Notes under the pieces: generated by a model | The model's database searches: none | Seen by the model: the letters and a program-made list of their open reading frames with translations, nothing else | What the model was told of the DNA's origin: nothing | Program-made: the position numbers and the translations under genes | Source of the DNA: Actinomycetales bacterium | GTDB taxonomy: Bacteria; Actinomycetota; Actinomycetes; Actinomycetales; CAVURS01 | DNA length: 64,000 nucleotides | Direction of reading: 5' to 3' | Assembly: GCA_045807245.1 (NCBI GenBank) | Contig: JBJMHS010000078.1 | Span: forward strand, 62,001 to 126,000 | Shown: one piece after another, positions 44,146 through 53,785 of the stretch | Layout: each line of letters starts with the position of its first letter | How positions within the stretch are numbered: position 1 is the stretch's first letter

Positions 44146-45452
44146 GCCCCGATTGTCGCAGCGGCGCGCGCCGCTCCCGGCAAGGCGTCGAGCACATGGT
44201 CGACGGCCCGCTCGTCGTGTGCACCCGAGACGAACCACGCTTCGAACGCGCTGGGCGGCAGGTGAACGCCGGCCGAGAGCATCGCGTGGAAGAACGCCGC
44301 GTGCGCGGCGACGTCCTGCTTCGCAGCCGCTGCGTAGTCGTCCACTGGCTGGTCGGTGAAGAAGATGCTGAACATGCTGGCCGCGTGCTGAACGACGTGC
44401 GGCACGCCCTCGGCACTCAGGGCCTGCGAGGCCGCCTGCGAGATCGTGGCTGCCACCCGGTCCAGGTGCTGGTAGAGACGGTCGTCACACCGCAGCAGCG
44501 TCGCGAGTCCGGCCGCCGTGGCGACCGGGTTCCCGGACAGCGTGCCGGCTTGGTACACCGGGCCCTCCGGCGCCAGATGGGCCATGACGTCGGAGCGACC
44601 CCCGAACGCGGCGACCGGGAAGCCGCCGCCCATGACCTTGCCGAACGTGAACAGGTCCGGCGGACCGCTGGCGTAGGGACCCTCGACGCCGTACCAGCCG
44701 GAGCGGGAGCAGCGGAACCCGGTCATGACCTCGTCGGAGATCAGCAGCGCGCCGTACTCCTTGGTCAGCCGGCGCAGCGCCTCGGTCCAGCCGGGCGCCG
44801 GAGGGACGACGCCCATGTTACCGGCGGCGGCTTCGGTGATGACGCAGGCGATGGCCGGACCCTGGGCCGCGAAGGCGTCCGTAAGGGCGTCGACGTCGTT
44901 GAACGGCAGGACGATCGTGTCGGCGGCACTGGCGCCGGTCACGCCCGGGCTGTCCGGCAGGCCGAACGTGGCGAGGCCGCTGCCCGCGCTGGCCAGCAGC
45001 GCGTCAACGTGCCCGTGGTAGCAGCCGGCGAACTTCACGACCTTGGACCGGCCGGTGAACCCTCTGGCCAGCCGTACGGCGCTCATCGTCGCCTCGGTGC
45101 CGCTGTTGACCAGCCGCAGCCGCTCGACCGGGTCGACCCGGGCCACGATCTCCTCGGCCAGGGCGACCTCGCGCTCGGTCGGTGTGCCGAAGGAGAAGCC
45201 CTGGCCGGCGGCCTCGGTCACCGCGGCCAGGACGTCGGGATGAGCGTGACCCAGGATCATCGGGCCCCAGGAGCCGATCAGGTCGACGTACTGACGCCCG
45301 TCGGCGTCGGTGAGCCAGGCCCCCTGGGCAGAGGTGATGAACCGCGGTGTGCCCCCGACGGCCCGGAAGGCCCGGACCGGCGAGTTCACCCCGCCGGGGA
45401 TGACCGCTCGGGCCCGCTCGAAGAGGGCAGCACTGACCGGGGCGTCGTCCAT
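44142..45452 (-). CDS. hemL: Glutamate-1-semialdehyde 2,1-aminomutase
   Basis: [37 protein letters not shown] and AGTLSGNP; start ATG at 45452 or 45461. Confidence 0.96.
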   Translation of the reverse strand: MDDAPVSAALFERARAVIPGGVNSPVRAFRAVGGTPRFITSAQGAWLTDADGRQYVDLIGSWGPMILGHAHPDVLAAVTEAAGQGFSFGTPTEREVALAEEIVARVDPVERLRLVNSGTEATMSAVRLARGFTGRSKVVKFAGCYHGHVDALLASAGSGLATFGLPDSPGVTGASAADTIVLPFNDVDALTDAFAAQGPAIACVITEAAAGNMGVVPPAPGWTEALRRLTKEYGALLISDEVMTGFRCSRSGWYGVEGPYASGPPDLFTFGKVMGGGFPVAAFGGRSDVMAHLAPEGPVYQAGTLSGNPVATAAGLATLLRCDDRLYQHLDRVAATISQAASQALSAEGVPHVVQHAASMFSIFFTDQPVDDYAAAAKQDVAAHAAFFHAMLSAGVHLPPSAFEAWFVSGAHDERAVDHVLDALPGAARAAATIGA

Positions 45453-45474
45453 GCCCGGCATTCTCCCTTGACCA

Positions 45475-45525
45475 AGATTTCGTGAACGACCGCCCGCCTA
45501 GACCGGGCGGTCCTTCACGAAATCT
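45475..45525 (-). terminator. Long hairpin (21 of 22 bp) spanning the marR stop codon
   Basis: AGATTTCGTGAA-C-GACCGCCCG, loop CCTAGAC, CGGGCGGTC-C-TTCACGAAATCT. Confidence 0.7.
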
Positions 45526-45986
45526 CGCCGGCGGTCGCCCTCGAGGTGACGGCGAACGCCTTCGAGTGCCTCGCCCAGGGCGATGAACTCCTCGCGGCTC
45601 ATCTGGTCCAGCAGGTTGGACCGGATGCCGGAGACGTGGCTCTTGGCCGCCGTCTCGAGTGCGGAGTAGCCCTCATCGGTCATGACGCAGATGACGCCGC
45701 GACGGTCGTCCGGGCTGGCCTCGCGCCGGACGTACCCGCGGTTCTCCAGCCGCCCCACGGTGTGGGTGAGCCGGCTGCGCGAGTTGACCACACTCTGCGC
45801 CAGCTCGGACATCCGGGCCGCGTGGCACGGCTGCTCCGAGAGGTTCACCAGGATCTCGTACTCGTCGTGGCTGAACCCGTGGCAGGCCAGGTCGCGCTGG
45901 ATGGCACCGTCGAGCAGCCTGGTGGCGCGGACGTAGGAACGCCACGCCCGCTGCTCGTCCTCGTCGAGCCACCGCACCTCGGCCAT
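45498..45986 (-). CDS. MarR family transcriptional regulator
   Basis: WLDEDEQRAWR, RMSELA..SRSRLTHTVGRLE and DRRG; TAAAAT -10 lies 6 nt before the ATG. Confidence 0.93.
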   Translation of the reverse strand: MAEVRWLDEDEQRAWRSYVRATRLLDGAIQRDLACHGFSHDEYEILVNLSEQPCHAARMSELAQSVVNSRSRLTHTVGRLENRGYVRREASPDDRRGVICVMTDEGYSALETAAKSHVSGIRSNLLDQMSREEFIALGEALEGVRRHLEGDRRRDFVKDRPV

Positions 45987-46007
45987 GACCAGATTTTAAC
46001 CATGCTC

Positions 46008-46058
46008 TAGTTGAAAGTTGGAACAAGTTCCTCTATGGTTTGGTTGAACGGGCAACTA
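46008..46058. promoter_or_regulatory. Putative MarR operator pair in the divergent marR/yceI promoter
   Basis: GTTGAAAGTTGGAAC (46010-24) and GTTGAACGGGCAAC (46043-56, GTTG-N6-CAAC) in an AT-rich spacer. Confidence 0.5.
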
Positions 46059-46087
46059 CCCGCAAGACCACAAGGAGAGAGCACTCA

Positions 46088-46708
46088 ATGACCACAGCAA
46101 CTGTCGCCGTCACCACCCCCTCCGGCCGGACCCTCGAGGGCCTCGTTCCCGGTGTCTGGACGGTCGACACCGCCCACTCCGAGGTCGGTTTCGTCGCCCG
46201 CCACCTGATGGTGTCCAAGGTCCGTGGCCGGTTCACCGACTACGACGCCACGATCACCGTCGCCCCGAACGTTCTGGACTCCCACGTCGAGGCCACGGTG
46301 CAGCTGGACAGCCTCGAGACGAAGGACGACAAGCGCGACGGCCACCTGAAGTCGGAGGACTTCTTCCACGTTGAGCAGCACCCGACCATGACGTTCCGGA
46401 GCACCGGCATCCGGGAGAACGGCTCCGACTTCCTGCTCGACGGTGACCTCACCATCCGCGGCGTCACGAAGCCGGTCACCTTCGACCTGGAGTTCAACGG
46501 CGTCGCCGCCACCCCGTGGGGCGGCAGCAGCGCCGGCTTCACCGCCGAGACCGAGATCAACCGCAAGGACTGGGGCCTGAACTGGAACGTCGCCCTCGAG
46601 TCCGGCGGCGTCCTGGTCAGCGACAAGGTCAAGATCATCCTCGAGATCGAGGCCACTGCCCCGCAGGCTGAGGCCGCCGACGAGGCCGAGGGCTCCGCGC
46701 AGGCCTGA
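46088..46708 (+). CDS. yceI: YceI family (polyisoprenoid/quinone-binding) protein
   Basis: WTVDTAHSEVGF.ARHLMVSKVRGRF, RDGHLKSEDFF, GDLTIRG and INRKDWG; AAGGAG RBS. Confidence 0.92.
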   Translation: MTTATVAVTTPSGRTLEGLVPGVWTVDTAHSEVGFVARHLMVSKVRGRFTDYDATITVAPNVLDSHVEATVQLDSLETKDDKRDGHLKSEDFFHVEQHPTMTFRSTGIRENGSDFLLDGDLTIRGVTKPVTFDLEFNGVAATPWGGSSAGFTAETEINRKDWGLNWNVALESGGVLVSDKVKIILEIEATAPQAEAADEAEGSAQA

Positions 46709-46720
46709 CCCGGCAACCTG

Positions 46721-46764
46721 GCCGTCGAGGTGGCTCAGCCGAGCAGGCGGGCCACCTCGACGGC
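46721..46764. terminator. 14-bp inverted repeat at the convergent yceI/hemB junction
   Basis: GCCGTCGAGGTGGC(46721-34) pairs with GCCACCTCGACGGC(46751-64). Confidence 0.65.
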
Positions 46765-47712
46765 GTAGTACGTCAGGATCACCGACGCGCCCGCACGGCG
46801 GATCGAGGTCAGCGTCTCCAGCATCGCGCGCTCGCGGTCGAGCCCCCCGGCGGCTGCCGCGGCCTCGACCATCGCGTACTCGCCCGAAACCTGGTACGCC
46901 GCAACGGGAACCGTGACGTCCTCCGCCACCGCCCGGATGACGTCGAGATACGGCAGGGCCGGCTTGACCATGACGATGTCCGCCCCCTCCGCGACGTCCA
47001 GACGGACCTCACGCAGGGCATCGGTCACGCCGGCAGCCGGATCCTGCTGGTACGTCGAGCGGTCACCCTTGAGCGTGGACTCGACGGCCTCCCGGAACGG
47101 TCCGAAGAACGCGGACGCGTACTTGACCGCGTAGGCGAGCAGGACCGCGTCGTCGTGACCGGCCTCGTCCAGCACGGCCCGCACGTGGCCGACCTGGCCG
47201 TCCATCATCCCGGACAGGCCGAGCGCGTGGGCGCCTGCGTCGTACTGCGCCAGGCCCATCGAGGCGTACCGCTCCAGCGTCGCGTCGTTGTCCACCCGTC
47301 CGTGGCGGTCGAGCACCCCGCAGTGCCCGTGGTCGGTGAACTCGTCCAGGCACAGGTCAGCCATGACGACCAGGTCGTCGCCGACGGCGTCGCGGATCGC
47401 GCGCAGGCCGACGTTGAGGATGCCGTCGGGGTCATCCGCTCCGGAGCCGCCGGCATCCCGGGTCAGCGGTACGCCGAAGACCATGACTCCCCCGACGCCG
47501 GCCGACACGGCGTCCTTGGCGGCGACCGTCAGCGAGGCCAGCGAGTGCTGCTGGACCCCCGGCATGGAGGCGATCGGCTCCGGCTCGGCCAGCCCCTCCT
47601 TGACGAAGAGGGGCAGCACCAGCTCTTCCGGATGCAGGCGGGTGGTCCGGACGAGCCGCCGCAGCGCCTCCGTCTCACGCAGGCGCCGCGGCCGCTCGAC
47701 CGGGAACGACAT
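46735..47712 (-). CDS. hemB: Delta-aminolevulinic acid dehydratase
   Basis: [36 protein letters not shown] and [10 protein letters not shown]. Confidence 0.96.
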   Translation of the reverse strand: MSFPVERPRRLRETEALRRLVRTTRLHPEELVLPLFVKEGLAEPEPIASMPGVQQHSLASLTVAAKDAVSAGVGGVMVFGVPLTRDAGGSGADDPDGILNVGLRAIRDAVGDDLVVMADLCLDEFTDHGHCGVLDRHGRVDNDATLERYASMGLAQYDAGAHALGLSGMMDGQVGHVRAVLDEAGHDDAVLLAYAVKYASAFFGPFREAVESTLKGDRSTYQQDPAAGVTDALREVRLDVAEGADIVMVKPALPYLDVIRAVAEDVTVPVAAYQVSGEYAMVEAAAAAGGLDRERAMLETLTSIRRAGASVILTYYAVEVARLLG

Positions 47713-47715
47713 GCC

Positions 47716-49338
47716 CTACTTCGCCTTGCGCCTCGTGGTGCTCTTGCGCTGGCTCGGTCGCAGCACCGGCTCACCGGCCTCCACGGCGGCCCGGCGCAGA
47801 CCGGCGCCGTACTCCGCGAGCGCGGCGACGAGCGACTCGGTGCTCGCCTCGGTCGCGAGCACGTCGACCTGCAGCCCGTGCTCTTCGGCCGTCTTGGCCG
47901 TCGCCGGACCGATCGCGGCCACCACGGTCGACGGGTGCGGCTTGCCGGCGATGCCGACCAGGTTGCGCACCGTGGAGCTCGAGGTGAAGACGACGGCGTC
48001 GAACCGGCCGGACTTGATCGCGTCGCGCACCGCCGGCGGCGGCGGAGCCGCACGCACCGTCCGGTACGCCGTCACGTCGTCGACCTCCCAGCCGATGGCC
48101 TGCAGGCCGGCGACCAGCGTGTCGGTTGCGATGTCCGCGCGCGGCAGGAACACCCGGTTGATCGGGTCCAGCACGTCGTCGTACGGCGGCCAGTCCTCGA
48201 GCAGGCCGTGGGCCGACTGCTCCCCGCTAGGGACGAGATCGGGCTGGATTCCCCACTCCCGCAACGCATCTGCCGTCGCGCCGCCGACCGCGGCGACCTT
48301 CAGCCCGGAGAACGCCCGCGCGTCCAGACCGAACTCCTCGAACCGCTCGCGCACCGCCTTGACGGCGTTGACGCTGGTGAAGCCGACCCACTCGTAGCGG
48401 CCGGTCACCATGCCCTTGATCGCGCGCTCCATCTGCTGCGGCGTCCGCGGGGACTCCACGCTGATCGTCGGCACGACCGAGCTCAGGGCGCCGTACTCGG
48501 CCAGCCGGTCGGTCATGGAGCCCGCCTGCTCGCGGGTGCGCGGCACGAGGATGCGCCAGCCGAACAAGGGCTTGGTCTCGAACCACGAGAGCTGGTCGCG
48601 GAGCCCGGCAGTGGCTCCGACGACGGCCATCAACGGCTTGCTCAGCCGGGCGCTCTTGGCCGCCTTCGCCGCGAGGGACAGCGACGCCGAGACCGTGCGC
48701 TGCTCGACCGTCGTGCCCTGCTCGGTGAGGACGACAGGTGTCTGCGGGTCGCGTCCGGCCTCGGCCAGCTCGCCCAGGGCGACGATGACGCCTTCCGGCG
48801 ATCCGAGCAGGACCACCGTCACGTCCGGCGAGATCGCACCGGAGAAGTCCACGCCCGCCTCGGCCGGATGAACGACGTGTACGGCGTGCGTCTTGGCGTC
48901 GGTCAGCGGCACCCCGGCGTACGCCGGGACGGCCGTGACCGCGGAGACACCCGGGACCACCTCGAACGGCACGTCGGCCTTCAGGCAGGCCAGGGCTTCC
49001 TCGGCCAGGCCGTTGAAGGTGGCGGCATCGCCGTCCAGGAGGCGCACCACCCGGCGGGCGTTCTTGGCCGCCTTGACGACGAGCTTGGCTCGGGTCGCCC
49101 GGGTCAGGGGCTGGCCGTCGCCGCCGAAGCCGGCGTCCAGGACCTCGACGTCCGGCCGGCCGTACCGCTCGACCAGCTGCTCGCGGGGGAGCTGGTCGGT
49201 CACGATGACGTCGGCCTGCGCCAGCAGGTCGACCGCCCGCACGGTGAGCAGGCCGAGGTCGCCGGGACCGGCGCCGACGAAGCTCACGGTGCCGTTCGTG
49301 CGGACCGTCCGTCGCGACGTGGGAGGCGTGGGAGTCAC
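47716..49338 (-). CDS. hemD: Bifunctional uroporphyrinogen-III C-methyltransferase-like / uroporphyrinogen-III synthase
   Basis: FVGAGPGDLGLLT, VVPGVS, WFETKPLFGWRILVPR, FTSVNAV and FTSSSTVRNL; GTG at 49338 with a GGAG RBS. Confidence 0.92.
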   Translation of the reverse strand: MTPTPPTSRRTVRTNGTVSFVGAGPGDLGLLTVRAVDLLAQADVIVTDQLPREQLVERYGRPDVEVLDAGFGGDGQPLTRATRAKLVVKAAKNARRVVRLLDGDAATFNGLAEEALACLKADVPFEVVPGVSAVTAVPAYAGVPLTDAKTHAVHVVHPAEAGVDFSGAISPDVTVVLLGSPEGVIVALGELAEAGRDPQTPVVLTEQGTTVEQRTVSASLSLAAKAAKSARLSKPLMAVVGATAGLRDQLSWFETKPLFGWRILVPRTREQAGSMTDRLAEYGALSSVVPTISVESPRTPQQMERAIKGMVTGRYEWVGFTSVNAVKAVRERFEEFGLDARAFSGLKVAAVGGATADALREWGIQPDLVPSGEQSAHGLLEDWPPYDDVLDPINRVFLPRADIATDTLVAGLQAIGWEVDDVTAYRTVRAAPPPPAVRDAIKSGRFDAVVFTSSSTVRNLVGIAGKPHPSTVVAAIGPATAKTAEEHGLQVDVLATEASTESLVAALAEYGAGLRRAAVEAGEPVLRPSQRKSTTRRKAK

Positions 49339-50426
49339 GAGACACGCTCCGTGGTAGTGCTCGGTGGGTTGGTATGCACACTGCCTCTTTCGTGTTCCGG
49401 CGTGCGTGGTGCGACCGATGCGTGAGACGACTGGTCCACCGCTTGGGCGTTCTGGCCGCTTTCGCCAGATTGTCGAGGTAGCAGCTCCGGTGCCAGCTCG
49501 GCCGCACCGTCCTCCAACAGCACGGCAGCCAGCCGCCGGCCCAGACCGTCCGGGTCCTCGACCGGGCCGGACATCGACCGCCGCAGAGTGTCGGACCCGT
49601 CGGGCGCCGCCACGACGGCCCGTAGGGACAGCTCGGCGCCGTCGCCGGAGTCGACCACCTCGGCCAGCGCGCCGACCGGTGCACTGCAGCCCGCCTCCAG
49701 CGCCGCGAGCACAGCCCGCTCGGCCCGGACGGCGGCGTTGCTGTCGGAGTCGTCCAGCGCGGCCAGCCAGGTGAGCAGCTCGTCGTCGTCGGCCCGGCAC
49801 TCGACGGCCAGCGCCCCCTGGCCGGGCGCGGGCAGCACCTGGATCGGGTCCAGCACCTCGGTGGCCTCGTCGGTCCGCCCGAGGCGATGGAGCCCGGCCC
49901 GGGCAAGGACCACCGCGTCGTACCGGCCCTCGGAGACCGCCCTCAGCCGGGTGTCGACGTTGCCGCGGATCGGCTCGACGCTCAGCCCGAGGTCCAGCGC
50001 CCGCAGCTGCGCCGCCCGGCGCGGGGAACCCGTGCCGACCCGAGCCCCAGCCGGCAGCTCGCCCAGGGTCAGGCCGTCCCGCGCCACGAGGACGTCACGC
50101 GGGTCGGCCCGCGGTGGTACGGCGCCGATCGCCAACCCGTCGTACGCACCGGTCGGCAGGTCCTTGTACGAGTGCACGGCCAGGTCGACCTCGGACGCGA
50201 GCAGGGCACGACGCAGCTCGGTGACGAAAACCCCTGTGCCACCTATGGCTTCGAGCGGTTGGACGTCGGACTGGGTTCGGTCGCCGGACGTCGTGATCGG
50301 CACCAGCTCGACCGGGATGCCGGCCACGGGTGCGAGCGCGTCGGCGACGAGCTGGGCCTGCGCCGTCGCGAGCGCGCTGCGCCGCGTCCCGAGCCGCAGC
50401 ACTGTCCGGGGCGCGCCGACGGTCAT
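49335..50426 (-). CDS. hemC: Hydroxymethylbilane synthase (porphobilinogen deaminase)
   Basis: LGTRRSALA, GVFVTEL, VHSYKD, GTGSPRR, IRGNVDTRL and LEAGCSAP; ATG at 50426. Confidence 0.95.
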   Translation of the reverse strand: MTVGAPRTVLRLGTRRSALATAQAQLVADALAPVAGIPVELVPITTSGDRTQSDVQPLEAIGGTGVFVTELRRALLASEVDLAVHSYKDLPTGAYDGLAIGAVPPRADPRDVLVARDGLTLGELPAGARVGTGSPRRAAQLRALDLGLSVEPIRGNVDTRLRAVSEGRYDAVVLARAGLHRLGRTDEATEVLDPIQVLPAPGQGALAVECRADDDELLTWLAALDDSDSNAAVRAERAVLAALEAGCSAPVGALAEVVDSGDGAELSLRAVVAAPDGSDTLRRSMSGPVEDPDGLGRRLAAVLLEDGAAELAPELLPRQSGESGQNAQAVDQSSHASVAPRTPEHERGSVHTNPPSTTTERVS

Positions 50427-51766
50427 CGCGCACCCCCGACGTCGATGACCTCGTCGAGCCGCGCGGAGGAGACGGCTGCGACGTCGTGCGGGTCGAGGTC
50501 GAAAAGGTCGCGCAACGCAGCGGCGTAGTCCGCCGGCTCGGCCACGCCGGACAGCTCCTTGACCCGGACCGTCGGCGCGTGCAGCAGCTTGTCGACGACG
50601 CGGTTGACGGTGCGGCGGAGCTCCTCGCGCACATCGGGGTCGAGATCGGGCCGGCGCTGCTCGAGCCGGGTCAGCTCGGCCGTCACGACCTCCGCAGCGC
50701 GGGCCCGCAACGCGACGACGGTCGGCGCGACGGACTCGGCCCGGCGGCGCAGCAGGTACTCCGCGACCTCCTCGGCCACCAGGTCGCGGACGGCGGCGAC
50801 CGCAGTCGGCAGCTGGCCGCCCTCGTCCGCCTCGAGAACGCGCCCGATGCTCTCCAGGTCGACCACGGTCACCCCTGGCACATCGGCCGCATCCGGGTCG
50901 ACGTCGCGGGGGAGCGCCAGGTCGACGTACACCTGCGGGCGCCCGCTGCGCGCCCGCGCGGCCACCGCGACCGTCGCGCCGTCCAGGACGTGACCGACCG
51001 ACCCGGTGCACGACACGACGACGTCGGCTGCCGCGAGGGCCGCTCCGAGGTCGTCCAGGCCGACGGCCTCGGCGCCCAGACCGCTGGCCAGGCGCTGGGC
51101 GTGCGATGGCGTCCGGTTGGCGATCACCAGCTGCCGGACCCCGGCCCGGTGCAACGTCGCGGCGACCAGGCCGCTCATGGACCCGGCGCCGATGACGAGC
51201 GCGGAGACCTGCTCGAGCTGGTCCGGGGCTACACCGAGAGCCGTTGCGGCAGAGTCGATTCCGGTCTGCACGATGGAACGGCCGGCGCCGTCGATGCCAG
51301 TCTCGGAGTGAGCTCGTTTGCCGACCCGCAGGGCCTGTTGCAGCAGCTCGCCGATCGACCGGCCCGCGTCACCGGAGGCCTGGTGCTCGCGCAGGGCCTG
51401 GCGCACCTGGCCGAGGATCTGACCCTCGCCGACGGCCATCGAGTCCAGCCCGCACACCACGGTGAAGAGGTGCGCGACCGCCCGGTCCTCGTAGTGCACG
51501 TACAGGTGGGGGGTCAGCTCGTCCAGCGGTACGCCGGTCGTCTGCGCCATCGCCGTACCGAGGTCGGACAGGCCGCCGTGGAAGGTCGCGACGTCGGCGT
51601 ACATCTCGACGCGGTTGCACGTCGCCAGGGTCAGCACCTCGCCGACGTGCTCTCCGGCGCGGGCCCGACCGCTGAGGCCCAGCGCGGACGGGCCGTCCAG
51701 GGCGACCCGTTCGAGCAGGTGCAACGGCGCGCTGCGGTGCGAGACGCCGATGGCGAGCAGGCTCAT
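50423..51766 (-). CDS. hemA: Glutamyl-tRNA reductase
   Basis: SHRSAP, TCNRVE, GLDSMAVGEGQILGQ, IGAGSM, DLALPRD and KLLHAPT. Confidence 0.96.
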   Translation of the reverse strand: MSLLAIGVSHRSAPLHLLERVALDGPSALGLSGRARAGEHVGEVLTLATCNRVEMYADVATFHGGLSDLGTAMAQTTGVPLDELTPHLYVHYEDRAVAHLFTVVCGLDSMAVGEGQILGQVRQALREHQASGDAGRSIGELLQQALRVGKRAHSETGIDGAGRSIVQTGIDSAATALGVAPDQLEQVSALVIGAGSMSGLVAATLHRAGVRQLVIANRTPSHAQRLASGLGAEAVGLDDLGAALAAADVVVSCTGSVGHVLDGATVAVAARARSGRPQVYVDLALPRDVDPDAADVPGVTVVDLESIGRVLEADEGGQLPTAVAAVRDLVAEEVAEYLLRRRAESVAPTVVALRARAAEVVTAELTRLEQRRPDLDPDVREELRRTVNRVVDKLLHAPTVRVKELSGVAEPADYAAALRDLFDLDPHDVAAVSSARLDEVIDVGGAR

Positions 51767-52443
51767 CTCCGCGCACCCCCCGCCTCGATCGCCTCGGCGG
51801 CCGCGCGCCGCTGCTCGTGGAAGGCCAGGATCTGCAGCTCGGTGGACAGGTCGACCTTGCGCACGTCGACCCCCGGCGGCACCGCGAGGACGCAGGGCGC
51901 GAAGTTCAGGACGCTGCGCACGCCGGCCGCGACCAGTCGGTCGCAGACCTCCTGCGCGGCGGCGGCGGGAGTCGCCACCACTCCGATCGCGACTCCGGTC
52001 GTCGCCACGACCGCCTCCAGGTCGTCCAGGTGGCTTACCGTCAGCCCCGCGACCCGCTCACCGACGACGCGGTCGTCCTGGTCGAAGAGCGCGACGACCG
52101 AGAACCCGCGCGAGGCGAAGCCGCCGTAGTTGGCCAGGGCGTGCCCGAGGTTGCCGATGCCGACGACCGCCACGGGCCAGTCCTGGGTCAGGCCGAGCTC
52201 ACGGCTGATCTGGTAGACGAGGTAGGCGACCTCGTAGCCCACGCCCCGGACGCCGTACGAGCCGAGGTGGGACAGGTCCTTGCGCAGCTTGGCCGAGTTC
52301 ACGCCAGCAAGAGCGGCGAGCTCCTCGGATGAGACGGTCGCCGTGCCGTCCTCGGCGAGGATGGTCAGCGCTCGCAGGTAGATCGGCAGCCGGGCAACGG
52401 TCGCCTCCGGGATGCCGCGGCGCGGCACTGCCTCGTCGCTCAC
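51763..52443 (-). CDS. rex: Redox-sensing transcriptional repressor Rex
   Basis: IPEATVARLPIYLR, SAKLRKDLSHLGSYGVRGVGY and VGIGNLGHAL. Confidence 0.97.
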   Translation of the reverse strand: MSDEAVPRRGIPEATVARLPIYLRALTILAEDGTATVSSEELAALAGVNSAKLRKDLSHLGSYGVRGVGYEVAYLVYQISRELGLTQDWPVAVVGIGNLGHALANYGGFASRGFSVVALFDQDDRVVGERVAGLTVSHLDDLEAVVATTGVAIGVVATPAAAAQEVCDRLVAAGVRSVLNFAPCVLAVPPGVDVRKVDLSTELQILAFHEQRRAAAEAIEAGGARR

Positions 52444-52508
52444 GCGCTGTCCTTGCCCACCGGTGGCTCACCGACTCCTTCAACCGTCCCGGCTCCAAGA
52501 CTAAGCAT

Positions 52509-52526
52509 TTGTGAACGAGCGCACAA
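52509..52526. promoter_or_regulatory. Rex operator (ROP) in the rex-hemACDB promoter
   Basis: TTGTGAACGAGCGCACAA; lies just upstream of a minus-strand TAGTCT -10 (52498-52503). Confidence 0.8.
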
Positions 52527-52567
52527 AGTCGCTTGTCAGAGCCCCGTCCCGACCGTCGCCGGGTCGC

Positions 52568-52807
52568 TCAGGCGCGGGCGAGCGCGGCGCGCAGGCGAGC
52601 CTCGTCCACCCGCCAGAAGGTGTGCTGGCGGCCGTCGACCAGGACGACCGGGATCTGTTCGGCGTACTCGTCCATCAGCTCCTGGTCCTCGAGGATGGAC
52701 CGCTCGTCCCAGGGCACCCCCAGGTCCGCGGCCACCCGTTCCACAACGAGCCGCGCGTCGTCGCACAGGTGGCAGCCAGGCTTGCCCAGCAGCGTGATCC
52801 GGTGCAC
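52568..52807 (-). CDS. Glutaredoxin-like protein (DUF836)
   Basis: ITLLGKPGCHLCDDAR..IPVVLVDG..FWRVD, found at the 3' end of the long ORF 52568..54031. Confidence 0.88.
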   Translation of the reverse strand: MHRITLLGKPGCHLCDDARLVVERVAADLGVPWDERSILEDQELMDEYAEQIPVVLVDGRQHTFWRVDEARLRAALARA

Positions 52808-52864
52808 CTCGACAGTCTGAGCCTCGCGCCGGTCCAGGGCCAGCGCCCCCACTACCCTGGACCC

Positions 52865-53719
52865 GTGACCGGGGCGATCACGCAGGTCGAGCAGAGCCTG
52901 ACCGTCCCGGCGGATCCCACCGCGGCGGCGTTCTTCGACGTCGACAACACGGTGGTGCGCGGCGCCAGCATCTTCCACCTGGCCCGCGGCCTGTACCGGC
53001 GCAAGTTCTTCACCGGCCGTGACCTCGGCCGGATGGCATGGCAGCAGGCCCGGTTCATCGCGCTCGGCGAGAGCATGGAGCACATGCAGCAGGTGCGGGA
53101 GTCCGCCCTGTCCTTCGTCGCCGGGCACTCCGTCGCCGAGCTCACCTCCATCGGCGAGGAGGTGTACGACGAGGTGATCGCGGACAAGATCTGGCCCGGC
53201 ACGCACGCACTGGCCAAGCTCCACCTCGACGCCGGCCAGCGGGTCTGGCTCGTCACCGCCACCCCGGTCGAGGTCGCGACCGTCATCGCCAAGCGGCTCG
53301 GGCTGTCCGGCGCGCTGGGGACGGTGGCGGAGAGCGTCGAGGGCGTCTACACCGGCCGTCTGGTGGGCGACGTCCTGCACGGCCAGGCCAAGGCCGACGG
53401 GATCATGGCGTTGGCCGAGCGCGAGGGCCTCGACCTCACCCGCTGCGCGGCGTACTCGGACTCGGCCAACGACATCCCCATGCTGTCGCTCGTCGGTGAG
53501 CCGGTGGCCATCAACCCGGACGCCGCGCTGCGGGCACACGCGAAGTCGCACGGCTGGCGGATCCGCGACTACCGCACCGGCCGCAAGGCCGCCAAGGTCG
53601 GCGTACCGGCCGCCGCGGGGGTCGGCGCAGCGGTCGGTGGCGTGTTCGCCGGGCTGGCGCTGCGGCGCCGCCACCGGCGGCGCAACCGGCTGCAGCGCCT
53701 TCTCGACCGCCTCGGCTGA
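52865..53719 (+). CDS. HAD-IB family hydrolase (SerB-like)
   Basis: AAFFDVDNT, WLVTAT and AYSDSANDIPML; GTG at 52865 after a TACCCT -10. Confidence 0.9.
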   Translation: MTGAITQVEQSLTVPADPTAAAFFDVDNTVVRGASIFHLARGLYRRKFFTGRDLGRMAWQQARFIALGESMEHMQQVRESALSFVAGHSVAELTSIGEEVYDEVIADKIWPGTHALAKLHLDAGQRVWLVTATPVEVATVIAKRLGLSGALGTVAESVEGVYTGRLVGDVLHGQAKADGIMALAEREGLDLTRCAAYSDSANDIPMLSLVGEPVAINPDAALRAHAKSHGWRIRDYRTGRKAAKVGVPAAAGVGAAVGGVFAGLALRRRHRRRNRLQRLLDRLG

Positions 53720-53748
53720 GCGCGGCGGCTCGATTCCGGCGAGGGGGG

Positions 53749-53785
53749 CGTCACCCGCGCGGCGACCGCTCGGGTGACGTTGGTT
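53749..53785 (+). terminator. Intrinsic terminator-like hairpin after the HAD gene
   Basis: CGTCACCCG-CGCGG-CGA-CCGCT-CGGGTGACG followed by TTGGTT. Confidence 0.6.
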
